The notes under the pieces: generated by a model
Seen by the model: only the letters and a program-made list of their open reading frames with translations
Told to the model about the DNA's origin: nothing
The model's database searches: none
Shown: one piece after another, positions 20,356-30,513 of the stretch
Position numbering within the stretch: the stretch's first letter is position 1
How the letters are laid out: each line of letters starts with the position of its first letter
Source: Sedimentisphaerales bacterium
GTDB lineage: Bacteria > Planctomycetota > Phycisphaerae > Sedimentisphaerales > SM23-30
Assembly (NCBI GenBank): GCA_963666285.1
Contig: OY762711.1
Direction: 5' to 3' (one strand)
DNA: 64,000 nt
Program-made: the position numbers and the translations under genes

Positions 20356-20470
20356 TTGCATTTAACTCTGCCCCGGAAATCGAGGTATGGGTATGATACT
20401 TCGGAAAATACAGTTCGTATAGCTTATCTTCTGTGTATTGTTCATATATGTCAGCTACTAATTTGGTTAT

Positions 20471-23215
20471 CTATTCCTGAGCGATTTTCTTTAGCGGGGC
20501 TATTGTGACAGGCCCGATTAGTCCTGAGTCAAATAGCGGCCAGCCTGAAGCGTCAAAAGGTTTGTAATCGATATTAACTATATTGATGTCATAGAAATAT
20601 TTCCAGTTTACCTTTTTTATGTCCAGGTCTCTTACCCTGTTTGCCGCAAGGTTGGTTACTTCTACTTCAAGGGTATTGGTCCCGTCATTTAAATATGGCC
20701 CGACATTGATCTGGAAAGGTTCAGACCACAGTGTACCGAGATATTTTCCGTTCACTGTTGCCTTGGCACTGTTGCATACCTTTCCTAAATCAAGTGTCCA
20801 GTCATCTGCTTTTAATCTTGGAACCTCAAATTTAAGAGTATATCGTGCTGTGCCGTAGAACCGGTCGACTTCGCCATCTTCAAATTCTGTCCAGCTGGTA
20901 AGCTTACTTATTTCCTGTTTGGCCGGCAGGGCGGGGCCGCCGTCAATAAATTCAACCGTCCAGTTCCCTTTAAGCTCAATAGGTTTGACTGTAGTGTTTG
21001 TATATGACCATTTTCTGCCTAAGTGTTGGTCGCTGGCAAATGTCCTTAGAATAAGCGATTCATGCGGTTTCATTTGAAGGTATATATCTGTTCGACCGTT
21101 AATATTTCTAACAGCCGCTTTACCAATACGGTTTTCATATAACGGGTCCATAAGCATCGCATCAATCGCTGGTTTGCCTAATGTTACCCAGCCATCAAAG
21201 CTGTTATCCTGGTTAACCAGAAAATAGTCAAAGCCGTTTTCGCTGCGCTTGCGTATAAAGCTTATCCCATTTTCCGCCAGGCTTTCACGTGTAATTGTCG
21301 CCTGTTCCAGCATCCAGGCCAACTCTGCCACCATTATCATTCCCTTACCGTGAGGAATCTTTATGTTTGCCTGATGGAGCCTGTTCAGGCGAGACTCTCT
21401 TGAATCTTTCTCCGGCATTATTTTATCTATAAGGATCTTTCTTTTTGTCTTTCTAAACCTGAAATCTTTCAGACCGGGCACATCATCAGGTATTTTTTCC
21501 TGGAATAATACGCTGGCACCATCTTCTGCCAGGGAAAGCAGCTTTTCTATCGTCTTTTCCGGCATAAATCTGGTATAGGGGATTACTATAGATTCGTATT
21601 CGGTATCATTGATTACGATCTTGCCATCTACACATAATGCCTTCTTCAGGTAGCTGTCTGATACCGCATCATAGCTGTACCCGTGTTTGTTCAGCTCTTC
21701 CGCTGTCCGGGCATAAACCGATGGATGCAGCCATTCATTCTGGTTATGGATAGTGAATGTCATATGCAGTTTATCTTTATTGTACCAGTAGTCGTACATA
21801 GGGAAATACAGCAGAATATCATTATCGGATTTTCTGGTTTGCAGAATACTCTGGCAACGGGTTACATAGCTGTTATATGTCGGTAGGTTTTTCCATAGCC
21901 CGCCTCCGGAACCGAAATTAACTGATGCGTAAAATTGCCATCCCGGCCATTCTGCTTCCTGGGGTGAATATGGTATGCCGTGGAAGAAGATATGGTTTAC
22001 CCCTGCCAGAAACATAAAATCAGTAGCACTTTTCAGATCGGACGGAGCAGTCTGGAAATGTTCTTTTAGCCAGGTGAATGTCTCTGATGATACCAGGTTG
22101 CAACCGTTCAGGTGAGCTGCCGAAGAGCTTAACTTCAGCATCGTCATCTGCTCTTCTTCAACTTTGCGAAATATCTCGGTTTCCGGAATGTCACTTGCTC
22201 CGTACAGGTCAATCAGGTTTGCCGGTGCACCGTGTGCCTGGTTTCTCGATTTGCTGCCGTGTGTGTGACACCATTCTGTCCATTCTTTGATATATTCCAG
22301 GTGTAGATCGTTTATTGTCTCATGATAGTCACTCATTACCCTGCAAATAGAATCTTCCATGCCGATACCAAAGAGTGGTTCCATATTGTCACGAAGGTCG
22401 TAACCGCGTCGATTCTCAAACTCTGCAAAGAAATCAGGTGTCCATGTTGCACCGTAGTATTCAAATGAGTCGTGAAATTGGCATCTTGGTGAACTGTTAA
22501 GTTTACTTAGTGCTTCATCAAAAGGTTCGAGATACGCCTTCAGGGCATCTACTGAGTAAGGATTAACTACATAACCTTCTCCGCCGGGGGCGGCTCGCTT
22601 TACTCGCTGGACTGGTATTTTCATCGCCGCCGCCAGGATAGCCCATTGTCCATCTGGAGCATCCCAGGCAAGCTTGCCGTCATTAACCTTATCGATAAGC
22701 TCGACTTTCTGCCCGTCTTTGGATATCGCTGTCAGATATATCAGTTTTCCTTTTGGCAAATCTTCTGACAGTTTGTTATCCTTATATGAAATCTCTTTGA
22801 GAATAATACCTGCCGATGCGGTCTCTTTGCTTACCATGGGCCCGCCAAACGGCCAGCCGGTTCCGGTTGTCAGGTCTATTCCCATGCCAAGATCGGTGGC
22901 CTCACTCAAAGTGTGGCCCAGCATCTCTATCCATTCAGGTGTCAAAAAATCTATAAACTTATCTTCGTAACCCTTTACCCCGTAAATCGGACATATCTCC
23001 ATCCCGCCTATGCTTGCCGCATTATATTCATTCAGCAAAATTGAAAGATTCTGCTTATCTACGGCACTGCCCATCCACCACCATCTCGACCATGGCTTCA
23101 TTTGTGATGTTGCCTCCGGCCATTCTGCTGCTGAAGTTCCAGCATAAACTGTCCCGGCAATAGCCATATAAATTATGAATACAATAGCTAAGCTGTTACG
23201 AATAGTTCTTTTCAT
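20471..23215 (-). CDS. Alpha-L-rhamnosidase, GH106
   Basis: KPWSRWWWMGSAVD, GGMEICPIYG, GTGWPFGGP, FHDSFEY, RNQAHGAP, DIPETE, SSETFTWL, GVNHIFFHG. Likely start ATG 23215 after AAGGA (ORF track starts at 23245). Confidence 0.9.
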   Translation of the reverse strand: MKRTIRNSLAIVFIIYMAIAGTVYAGTSAAEWPEATSQMKPWSRWWWMGSAVDKQNLSILLNEYNAASIGGMEICPIYGVKGYEDKFIDFLTPEWIEMLGHTLSEATDLGMGIDLTTGTGWPFGGPMVSKETASAGIILKEISYKDNKLSEDLPKGKLIYLTAISKDGQKVELIDKVNDGKLAWDAPDGQWAILAAAMKIPVQRVKRAAPGGEGYVVNPYSVDALKAYLEPFDEALSKLNSSPRCQFHDSFEYYGATWTPDFFAEFENRRGYDLRDNMEPLFGIGMEDSICRVMSDYHETINDLHLEYIKEWTEWCHTHGSKSRNQAHGAPANLIDLYGASDIPETEIFRKVEEEQMTMLKLSSSAAHLNGCNLVSSETFTWLKEHFQTAPSDLKSATDFMFLAGVNHIFFHGIPYSPQEAEWPGWQFYASVNFGSGGGLWKNLPTYNSYVTRCQSILQTRKSDNDILLYFPMYDYWYNKDKLHMTFTIHNQNEWLHPSVYARTAEELNKHGYSYDAVSDSYLKKALCVDGKIVINDTEYESIVIPYTRFMPEKTIEKLLSLAEDGASVLFQEKIPDDVPGLKDFRFRKTKRKILIDKIMPEKDSRESRLNRLHQANIKIPHGKGMIMVAELAWMLEQATITRESLAENGISFIRKRSENGFDYFLVNQDNSFDGWVTLGKPAIDAMLMDPLYENRIGKAAVRNINGRTDIYLQMKPHESLILRTFASDQHLGRKWSYTNTTVKPIELKGNWTVEFIDGGPALPAKQEISKLTSWTEFEDGEVDRFYGTARYTLKFEVPRLKADDWTLDLGKVCNSAKATVNGKYLGTLWSEPFQINVGPYLNDGTNTLEVEVTNLAANRVRDLDIKKVNWKYFYDINIVNIDYKPFDASGWPLFDSGLIGPVTIAPLKKIAQE

Positions 23216-23234
23216 TTTTTGATCCTTAATGATA

Positions 23235-24794
23235 TTAAAAATCATCGCTGCGGAACGGTGAAGCCGGTAGTCCGTCCTTATTATACAAACTTGTATATGG
23301 GTTGTCGTTCCAGCCGTATCGTACGGCGATTGGACTGATTACTTCCGGGCTGGATACTACTATTGTATCACCATTGATCTCTGCATCTGCCCAGACAAAT
23401 TTATGATCTTTGCCGGCAACAGCAAAACCTTGCAGTTTTGTGGTTTTGAAGATTAAGCCTTTTCCTATACTGTAATCTTTGAAGAAAACTTGTATTTTGT
23501 TGCCGTCTATTATTATGTGGTCAAAAATAGGACCGGAATCGGTAACTGTTTTGTCATATACTCTGTTTTCTGCCAGTAATGACAATCGCCTTCCAACTTC
23601 CTGTTTATTCTTCGGGTGGATATTCTTGGCATTGCCGATATCAACAGATACTGCCATGCCGGTATTTGGTATAGACAGATTCTTCAATTGGCTGTCACGA
23701 ACTTCGGTTGTTCCGCCGCCTTTACATGGCTCGTTTGATTTATATCTGAAATTTGCAAGTTGAACAAAATAGAATGGAAAATCTCCTTGTCCCCACTCGT
23801 CTCTCCAGCATTCGATTAGTGTTTCCATTATTACATCATAAATATCTGCTGTTCCGGCATTAGATTCGCCCTGGTACCAGATTGCTCCTCTAATGGCATA
23901 AGGGACCAATGGTGCTACCATGCCATTATAAAGCAGGCTTGGATTGTGCTGGTCTGTGTGAGGGTTTCTTGGCTTGCCTGGCTTTTTGGGTTCTTTTTCA
24001 CCTGCGGCTTTTGCTTTTTCTGACGCTGCTTTCCACTCTTCCAGTTTTGCTTCATATTCTTTGATAGCACTTCCGCTGTCATAGTCGGCACATTTTTCGG
24101 CATAATTATCCAGCAGGAATTTTAGCTCTGGCTTGGCTTCCAGTGCCTCCCGGCTTGTCCACGCTTCTGCCGTACTGGCACCATAAGCTGTTGTTACCAG
24201 GCCAATTGGTATATCAATACTCTTTTGCAGTTCCCTGGCAAAGAAATATGCTGTTGCGCAAAAATGCCCTACAGTCTTGGGGCTGCAAATTTCCCATTTC
24301 GCTTCAAGGTCTGTTTGTGTCTCGTCTGTAATCAGGGATGGGGCGTTAAATACTCGAATCATTGGGTAGTTGGCAGCAGCTTCTTCCTGCTCCTGGTTAT
24401 TTACTCCGCACCAGTAATATCCGCCTTTCTCTGTTACTGTCATTTCCATATTGGATTGACCCGAACAGAGCCATACTTCACCAATATAGATATCTTCATA
24501 CGTAACAGTATCGGCTGTACCTTTGATTACCATTTTGTATGGGCCGCCGACATTCATAGAGCTTAAATTTAATTTCCATTTACCATCTGCACCGGCCTTG
24601 GTACTTACTTTCTGGCCATTGAATATTACCGTAATTGTTTCGTTGGCAGCTGACTTGCCCCATATCGGTACTGTCCGGCCTTGCTGAAGTACCATGTGAT
24701 CGCCAAATACACCGGCAGGTTTTACCTGTGCAAACAGGGTGTTTGGTATTGTTATTAATATTAAAATACAAAGTAGTGTTCTCAAGTTGTGCAT
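23235..24794 (-). CDS. Sialate O-acetylesterase-family (SASA) carbohydrate acetylesterase
   Basis: DHMVLQQ, GEVWLCSGQSNM, GAIWYQGESN, PFYFVQLA, NIHPKNK, LPASPFR. Confidence 0.9.
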   Translation of the reverse strand: MHNLRTLLCILILITIPNTLFAQVKPAGVFGDHMVLQQGRTVPIWGKSAANETITVIFNGQKVSTKAGADGKWKLNLSSMNVGGPYKMVIKGTADTVTYEDIYIGEVWLCSGQSNMEMTVTEKGGYYWCGVNNQEQEEAAANYPMIRVFNAPSLITDETQTDLEAKWEICSPKTVGHFCATAYFFARELQKSIDIPIGLVTTAYGASTAEAWTSREALEAKPELKFLLDNYAEKCADYDSGSAIKEYEAKLEEWKAASEKAKAAGEKEPKKPGKPRNPHTDQHNPSLLYNGMVAPLVPYAIRGAIWYQGESNAGTADIYDVIMETLIECWRDEWGQGDFPFYFVQLANFRYKSNEPCKGGGTTEVRDSQLKNLSIPNTGMAVSVDIGNAKNIHPKNKQEVGRRLSLLAENRVYDKTVTDSGPIFDHIIIDGNKIQVFFKDYSIGKGLIFKTTKLQGFAVAGKDHKFVWADAEINGDTIVVSSPEVISPIAVRYGWNDNPYTSLYNKDGLPASPFRSDDF

Positions 24795-24819
24795 AAAAAA
24801 TATTCCTTTAGTAAATGTC

Positions 24820-26205
24820 TCAATTTAAGCCTGTTATATTTGAACAGTTTTCCAGTTTGACCTTTGAATTATCAGCGGCTTTTATATTTACATTTTTGAA
24901 TGTCCAGTCTGTCGCATTTTTGATCGTTCCTGCTTTTGATGAAGTAATGTCAATATTTTCAAACGTAAAGTTTCCGGCTGGCTGATTCTTGCGACCGTTA
25001 ACTTTTATAGCGTTCTGGCAGTCTGCACCCTTTACATTGGCAATCCTGATATCATGAATATAAGGCGTCCCCTTATCTTCCGGCACAACCGTCATAAGTT
25101 TTTCCCAGTGCATAGGTAGCTTATCACCTTTGGCCTCGATTTCCTTCCTGACTTCGTCTGGTACTGTGTTGTACGCAGGGTACCAGTCGTATTCCAGTTT
25201 TATCGCGTCCCTGACATTGTACATGTCAATATCATGGATATACGCATTTCGTACCGTTCCGCCTCGGCCCTGGGTAGATTTGAACCTTATGCCGGTACTG
25301 GTACCGTAAGCTTTCAGATTGTAAACTTCGACATTATACATGCCGCCGGATGTTTCACTGCCGAAGGTTATCAAACCATGTCCTTTCCGGGCTATACAAT
25401 CGCGAATGACAACATTATAAGTAGGGCGGTTTACTCTCAAGCCGTCTGAGTCACGACCGGCTTTTAGGCAGAAATTATCATCATTACAGTCGATATCACA
25501 GTTTTGTACCAGGATATTATTCGATGAATCGATATCTATGCCATCTGAGCTTGGGCCGACTTTCTCGTCCAGGTTTGCCCGGATTGTCAGGCCGTCAACT
25601 AGTACGTTGGAACTATAACAGATATGGACTGTCCAGAAGCCCGGCTCTTTTAATGTCAGGCCTTCTAGTGAAATATTAGAGGCATTGTAGATGAGCATCA
25701 GCCGCGGACGTTTGCAGTCGTAATCGACCACCCATCGCAGACCCTTCGCATCATATTCGCGACGCATATTCCAGTATTTATCCCACCAGACAGAACCGGA
25801 TCCGTCAATTGTACCTTTTCCGTAGATCTTGATACCGGTTACATCATAGGCATTAATCAATGCCGCCGGCCATATTGTCTCTATTCCGGCTACTCTGGTA
25901 TATACATCCGGGTATAGTGACTCATCCTGAATACCTTTTATCAGCACATTTTCATCTACTCGCAGATTTACGTTATCTTTCAGGAAGATCGAACCGGTCA
26001 TATATGTGCCCGGGTCGAACACAACCGTGCCTCCCCCGGCTTCTGTACAGGCGTCGATTGCCTTTTGGATCATCTTGGTATTATCTGTTTTTCCATCCGC
26101 TTTTGCTCCGTATTTGCACACATTAAATTCGGCAGCTAATACCGGCATTGATAATATCGCAAGGACAGCAGCGATTGCTATTTTCTGATAAAAACTTTTT
26201 AACAT
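24820..26205 (-). CDS. GH28 polygalacturonase/rhamnogalacturonase
   Basis: YGAKADGKTDNT, GTIDGSG, FWTVHI, GPSSDGIDIDSS, CNDDNFCLKAG, GHGLITFGSE, GIRFKS. Confidence 0.92.
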   Translation of the reverse strand: MLKSFYQKIAIAAVLAILSMPVLAAEFNVCKYGAKADGKTDNTKMIQKAIDACTEAGGGTVVFDPGTYMTGSIFLKDNVNLRVDENVLIKGIQDESLYPDVYTRVAGIETIWPAALINAYDVTGIKIYGKGTIDGSGSVWWDKYWNMRREYDAKGLRWVVDYDCKRPRLMLIYNASNISLEGLTLKEPGFWTVHICYSSNVLVDGLTIRANLDEKVGPSSDGIDIDSSNNILVQNCDIDCNDDNFCLKAGRDSDGLRVNRPTYNVVIRDCIARKGHGLITFGSETSGGMYNVEVYNLKAYGTSTGIRFKSTQGRGGTVRNAYIHDIDMYNVRDAIKLEYDWYPAYNTVPDEVRKEIEAKGDKLPMHWEKLMTVVPEDKGTPYIHDIRIANVKGADCQNAIKVNGRKNQPAGNFTFENIDITSSKAGTIKNATDWTFKNVNIKAADNSKVKLENCSNITGLN

Positions 26206-27412
26206 GACTACTCCTATTCTTTAGTGGTTTGCGTAAACAGTTTTTTCAATAACATTCCTTTGATTATTACTTATTTATGATGTTTTTTCCCTGTTAGTTC
26301 AAATGGAAAAAGCTTCTCTACAGTACCTTTATTGTTCTCTGTGTTTGATGAATTTGTATAACTGCTGTGAGGTAAAATAATGAATGTTAAGTGGTATATT
26401 CCCCCGACTTCGTATTATGAATTCTTTTTAGCGAATAGATTAACATTATAGAGTCTGGGGCTGTTATTATTGCTGAAGTATTTACTTAATTATCACTTGC
26501 TGTTCACTAAGATATATCATTGCATTTTACTTGAAATATCTCCTGTACAATTCATTTCCTATACATAAATAATTATATTGATATCTCATTTATTTTCAAT
26601 ATTTTATTGCATCAATTTGTGATAAAATGAGATCGTTATCACTCGTATTTTATAAGCTGTGACAATCGTCAGGATATGTTTTTTTATTGCATCTTGAATT
26701 AAGTCATAACCTGAGGCGATAGTGACAAATTTTTCCGCTTAAATTGGTCCTGTACCGGTCTTATACGAGTGATATTATTCAGTCAGATGAGCAAAACCGC
26801 ACAGAAATATGAAATTGTATTTTGACGATTGGTTAATTAAACAAATACTATTCGTTTTTGAAGCCAGAATAATGCAAGCCTTTTGGAATATACTGCAATG
26901 TTTTCCTTCCTGTTTTTCCTGTTATGTATTTGTCTGAATTGCTGATTTGGTCTATTGCAAACATCACCAATTAGCGATTTGATATAAGTATATTTTCTGC
27001 AATTATTTAATATATGATTTTTTGTTCTCAAAAATGTTGAAATCATCACTTTTTACTGGTATGATGTAATTAAATAATTTAGAATGATTATTTGTAGGAG
27101 GATAATTATTTCTTGGTAGTTTTACCTGAGTTAACTTTCGATGTTTTTAAGTTGCATGAATAGCCTAAAAGAGCCTTTCTGCAACACTTTGAATTAAATA
27201 TGATTTCGAGATCTAGCTCAAAAACACAATTAAATGTATAGTTTCTCATTTACATGGCCCTTTTACGGCCTTTGCGTATAATGTTGAATATGAATAGTGC
27301 GAACTGTATCCTGAGTTATGTGAATTGTAAATTTCGGCTTTATTGTTTGCATCTTGTTTACTGAAATAATTATTTAAGTTTTGTTGTTTTAATATTGAAG
27401 GTTAATCTAAAA

Positions 27413-28834
27413 ATGGTGTTTTCAGGAAAGATATCTATATTTTTGTTTTTTGTTGCTACTGCTGTCCAGGCATCAATTTCTTTACCTGTAATGTTCAAAG
27501 ATGGCATGGTTTTCCAGAGAGATGCACAAGTTGCTATCTGGGGGCAGGCCGATGCCGGTGAGGCTGTTCAAATTCAGTTTGGCCCACAAAAAGCCAGTGC
27601 AATCACCTCTGATGATGGTAATTGGCAGGTTGATCTGAAGGCTATGCCGGCAGGCGGACCTTATGAATTGGCCATCGCTGGAACAAACGAAAAAATAACT
27701 CTCAATGATGTATTTTTGGGTGATGTCTGGGTCTTTAGTGGTCAGTCAAACATGCAGGTTTCGTTTAAATATTTCCTCGATCTTGATAATATAGACGAAA
27801 AGTACAACAGTCGTTTCAGAAATGATCTCAAAAATTGCGATCAGGACAGGCTCGTCCGAAACTATATGGTTGCTACCAGGGATTTTAGACGCGAAACTAT
27901 CAGAAATTCTGCTGAAAACAAATGGGTATGCTGTGACCGGGATAATATTCAGCATTGTAACCCGGTTGCCTATTATTTCGCTCGGGAGGTATCCCAGCGG
28001 ACTGGTGTTATGACTGCCTCGATTAGAATTGCCTGGGGCGGTACTCATATAGAGAAGTTCTACAGGGGCGGATATGTATATGAAAATATGCTCAAGCCTT
28101 GGGCGAAATACAGGATTAAAGGAGTTATCTGGTACCAGGGGGAAAACAATCTCCATAAAGATGGTGACAGATTTGCATATGCCCTTAAGTTGCAATTATT
28201 GATCAGGGATTACAGGGAACTTTGGAATAATTCGGCATTACCGTTTTATATTGTTCAGCTTCCGCCTGCGGATTATGCTTCAAAACGGTTTAACGACGAA
28301 AATAGTCAGTCTGTTTTTCTGGAAGCTCAGCGGCAGGCACTGGCAATTCCTTTTACCTCAATGGCGGTAGCTTCTGATTTAGGTATGGCTAATGGTTTGC
28401 ATCAGCCGCAGAAATACGAATTGGCCGTGCGGCTGGCAAATCTTGCTTATGCTAATGTCTATAACTATCAGGATTATATTCCTGCCGGACCGCAGTTTAA
28501 AAATATGCAGGTAGAAAATGACAGGATAATTGTAAATTTTGAAACTTTTGGTTCTGATCTTACCACGAATGATGGTAAGGAACCGCGTTTCTTTGAGATT
28601 ATGCCCGTTGGGAAAAATAAGGAATTTCTTCCGGCCAAAGCCAGAATTGATGGCAATAGTGTTATTGTATGGAATGATGATATCGACAGGCCCTACGATG
28701 TTAGATTTGCTTTCAGGCAAAACGAGTTGATGAATATTAACCTTGTCAATACTGAAGGGGTGCCTGCGGCTGTCTTCTGGGCCAGGGCTCCGCAGCAGCT
28801 GCATCCTGGCATCTTGGCCGACATGAAAAAATAG
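27413..28834 (+). CDS. Second SASA-family acetylesterase (compact variant)
   Basis: DGMVFQR, GDVWVFSGQSNM, WGGTHIE, GVIWYQGENN, PFYIVQLP, GLHQPQK. ATG 27413 (ORF track starts at TTG 27395). Confidence 0.85.
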   Translation: MVFSGKISIFLFFVATAVQASISLPVMFKDGMVFQRDAQVAIWGQADAGEAVQIQFGPQKASAITSDDGNWQVDLKAMPAGGPYELAIAGTNEKITLNDVFLGDVWVFSGQSNMQVSFKYFLDLDNIDEKYNSRFRNDLKNCDQDRLVRNYMVATRDFRRETIRNSAENKWVCCDRDNIQHCNPVAYYFAREVSQRTGVMTASIRIAWGGTHIEKFYRGGYVYENMLKPWAKYRIKGVIWYQGENNLHKDGDRFAYALKLQLLIRDYRELWNNSALPFYIVQLPPADYASKRFNDENSQSVFLEAQRQALAIPFTSMAVASDLGMANGLHQPQKYELAVRLANLAYANVYNYQDYIPAGPQFKNMQVENDRIIVNFETFGSDLTTNDGKEPRFFEIMPVGKNKEFLPAKARIDGNSVIVWNDDIDRPYDVRFAFRQNELMNINLVNTEGVPAAVFWARAPQQLHPGILADMKK

Positions 28835-28920
28835 AAGAAATGTGGACTGGTAAATGGAACTGTCATATTGCGTGTATTATAGTTCCAGGATTTTAACTTT
28901 TTTTATCTGTGGATGACAAT

Positions 28921-30090
28921 ATGAAAAGAATCATGATTATTGTAGACACCTCCCGAGTATCAGGAAGGAAATTTCTTGTTGGTGCCGAAAAATACATTTC
29001 TGTCAGGGCTGATTGGGAAGTTTATATTAAATCTCCTTCCTATTTGAGAAGTGATCAATCCTACAGCCTTCTAAATATTCCGTTGGATAACCTTGATGGA
29101 TTATTGATTAGAGATGCTGTTGATTCTGATCATATAACAAATATCAATGTGCCAAAAGTGGTTAACGATACCCAGCGGGAAATCATACCTGGCACCTCTA
29201 CTATCGTAACAGACTCGTATGAAATTGGCGAATCTGCGGCAGAATACTTCTTAAACCTTGGGTTCGAAAATTTCGCCTATTGCGGTTTTGGAGATATAGC
29301 ATGGTCCAAAAAGAGATATCAGGGTTTCAGTGACTACATTATGAAACATGGTATTCAGTCTGTTTCTGATTTCAGCTATAAATACAATGATGATCTCAAG
29401 GGCGGTTATGAAGTTCAGGAAATGCAGGAGAGAATGGAGATGGCTCAGTGGCTCAAATCTCTGCCTCGTCCGCTTTGTGTCTTTGCCTGCAATGATGACA
29501 GGGCTATCTCGGTTTTAGAGGTGTGTAAGACAAGCGGTATTTGTGTGCCTGAAGAGGTGGCGGTTCTTGGTGTGGATAATGACGATTTAATGTGTAACCT
29601 TTCTTCACCTTCTTTATCAAGCATCGAATTGGACTTTGAAAGAGCAGGTTTTTCTGCTGCTCAGCATCTGAATGAGTTAATTAATGGGAAATCAGGCAAT
29701 AAGACTATTCATGTCGCCGGCATAGAGATTATCAAACGGCAGTCGACTGATGTATTGGCGATAAACGATGAAGAAGTGGTTGCAGCCTTACGCTATATCA
29801 GGAACAATTTCCATAAGCTTATTCTTGCTACTGATGTTGTCAATGCAACCTGCCTGTCGAGAAGAGAGCTTGAACGACGCTTCAAAAAATATCTTAAACG
29901 GTCAATCAAAAGTGAAATTGAGAGACTTAGGATTGAGATGATCAGGAATATGCTGCTTAAAACTACTGCTCCTGTTTATCAGATAGCCAGTGAACTTGAG
30001 TTTACTGATCCGGTACATTTCTCCAGGTATTTCAAAAATGCTACAGGCATGACTCCGTCACAAATGCGCAAAAATTTTGAATCTAAATAA
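28921..30090 (+). CDS. XylR-type transcriptional regulator (periplasmic-binding-protein-like sensor domain + C-terminal AraC HTH)
   Basis: GFENFAYCG, VFACNDDRA, VPEEVAVLGVDND, LSSI, RQSTD, LSRRELERRFKK, FSRYFKNATGMTPSQMR. ATG 28921 (ORF track starts at GTG 28909). Confidence 0.92.
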   Translation: MKRIMIIVDTSRVSGRKFLVGAEKYISVRADWEVYIKSPSYLRSDQSYSLLNIPLDNLDGLLIRDAVDSDHITNINVPKVVNDTQREIIPGTSTIVTDSYEIGESAAEYFLNLGFENFAYCGFGDIAWSKKRYQGFSDYIMKHGIQSVSDFSYKYNDDLKGGYEVQEMQERMEMAQWLKSLPRPLCVFACNDDRAISVLEVCKTSGICVPEEVAVLGVDNDDLMCNLSSPSLSSIELDFERAGFSAAQHLNELINGKSGNKTIHVAGIEIIKRQSTDVLAINDEEVVAALRYIRNNFHKLILATDVVNATCLSRRELERRFKKYLKRSIKSEIERLRIEMIRNMLLKTTAPVYQIASELEFTDPVHFSRYFKNATGMTPSQMRKNFESK

Positions 30091-30284
30091 TCTGATTGAA
30101 TTTGTTAACAGCGATATTGTGGATAGAAATTGTCGTTTTTTTTGTGTTTTTTAACGTATCACTGGCCATTTTTTATCTTTTTAGCGTGATTTTCAATCAA
30201 TTAATCCTCGCTTATGGGTTCTAAACCGGACCAATTGCATTCTTGGATAGGTTTATTTTTTACGATTTTTCCACATATTTTACT

Positions 30285-30349
30285 TGTCGCAAACTGGTGA
30301 TATAAAAGCGCGAAATGGTCTTCCTTGCCTCGGTGTTCTAGGGTATAAT
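30285..30349 (+). promoter_or_regulatory. Candidate activator-dependent promoter of the GH51 operon with an AraC-type direct-repeat operator
   Basis: CGCAAACTGGT (30288) and CGCGAAATGGT (30309) lie 21 bp apart, abutting a weak -35 TTCCTT (30321), a 17-bp spacer and TATAAT (30344). Confidence 0.55.
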
Positions 30350-30513
30350 TAGATATCAACTTTAATATATAAGTTCGCTTTTACACATTACTTACGTGTC
30401 AAACGGTCATCATGACCTAAATTATTATAATACAGGCGATATTCTATATTATTCAGAAGTTACTTTTTGTGAATTAATTCCCTCTGAATGATGTTTGATT
30501 AACTCGAAAAACT

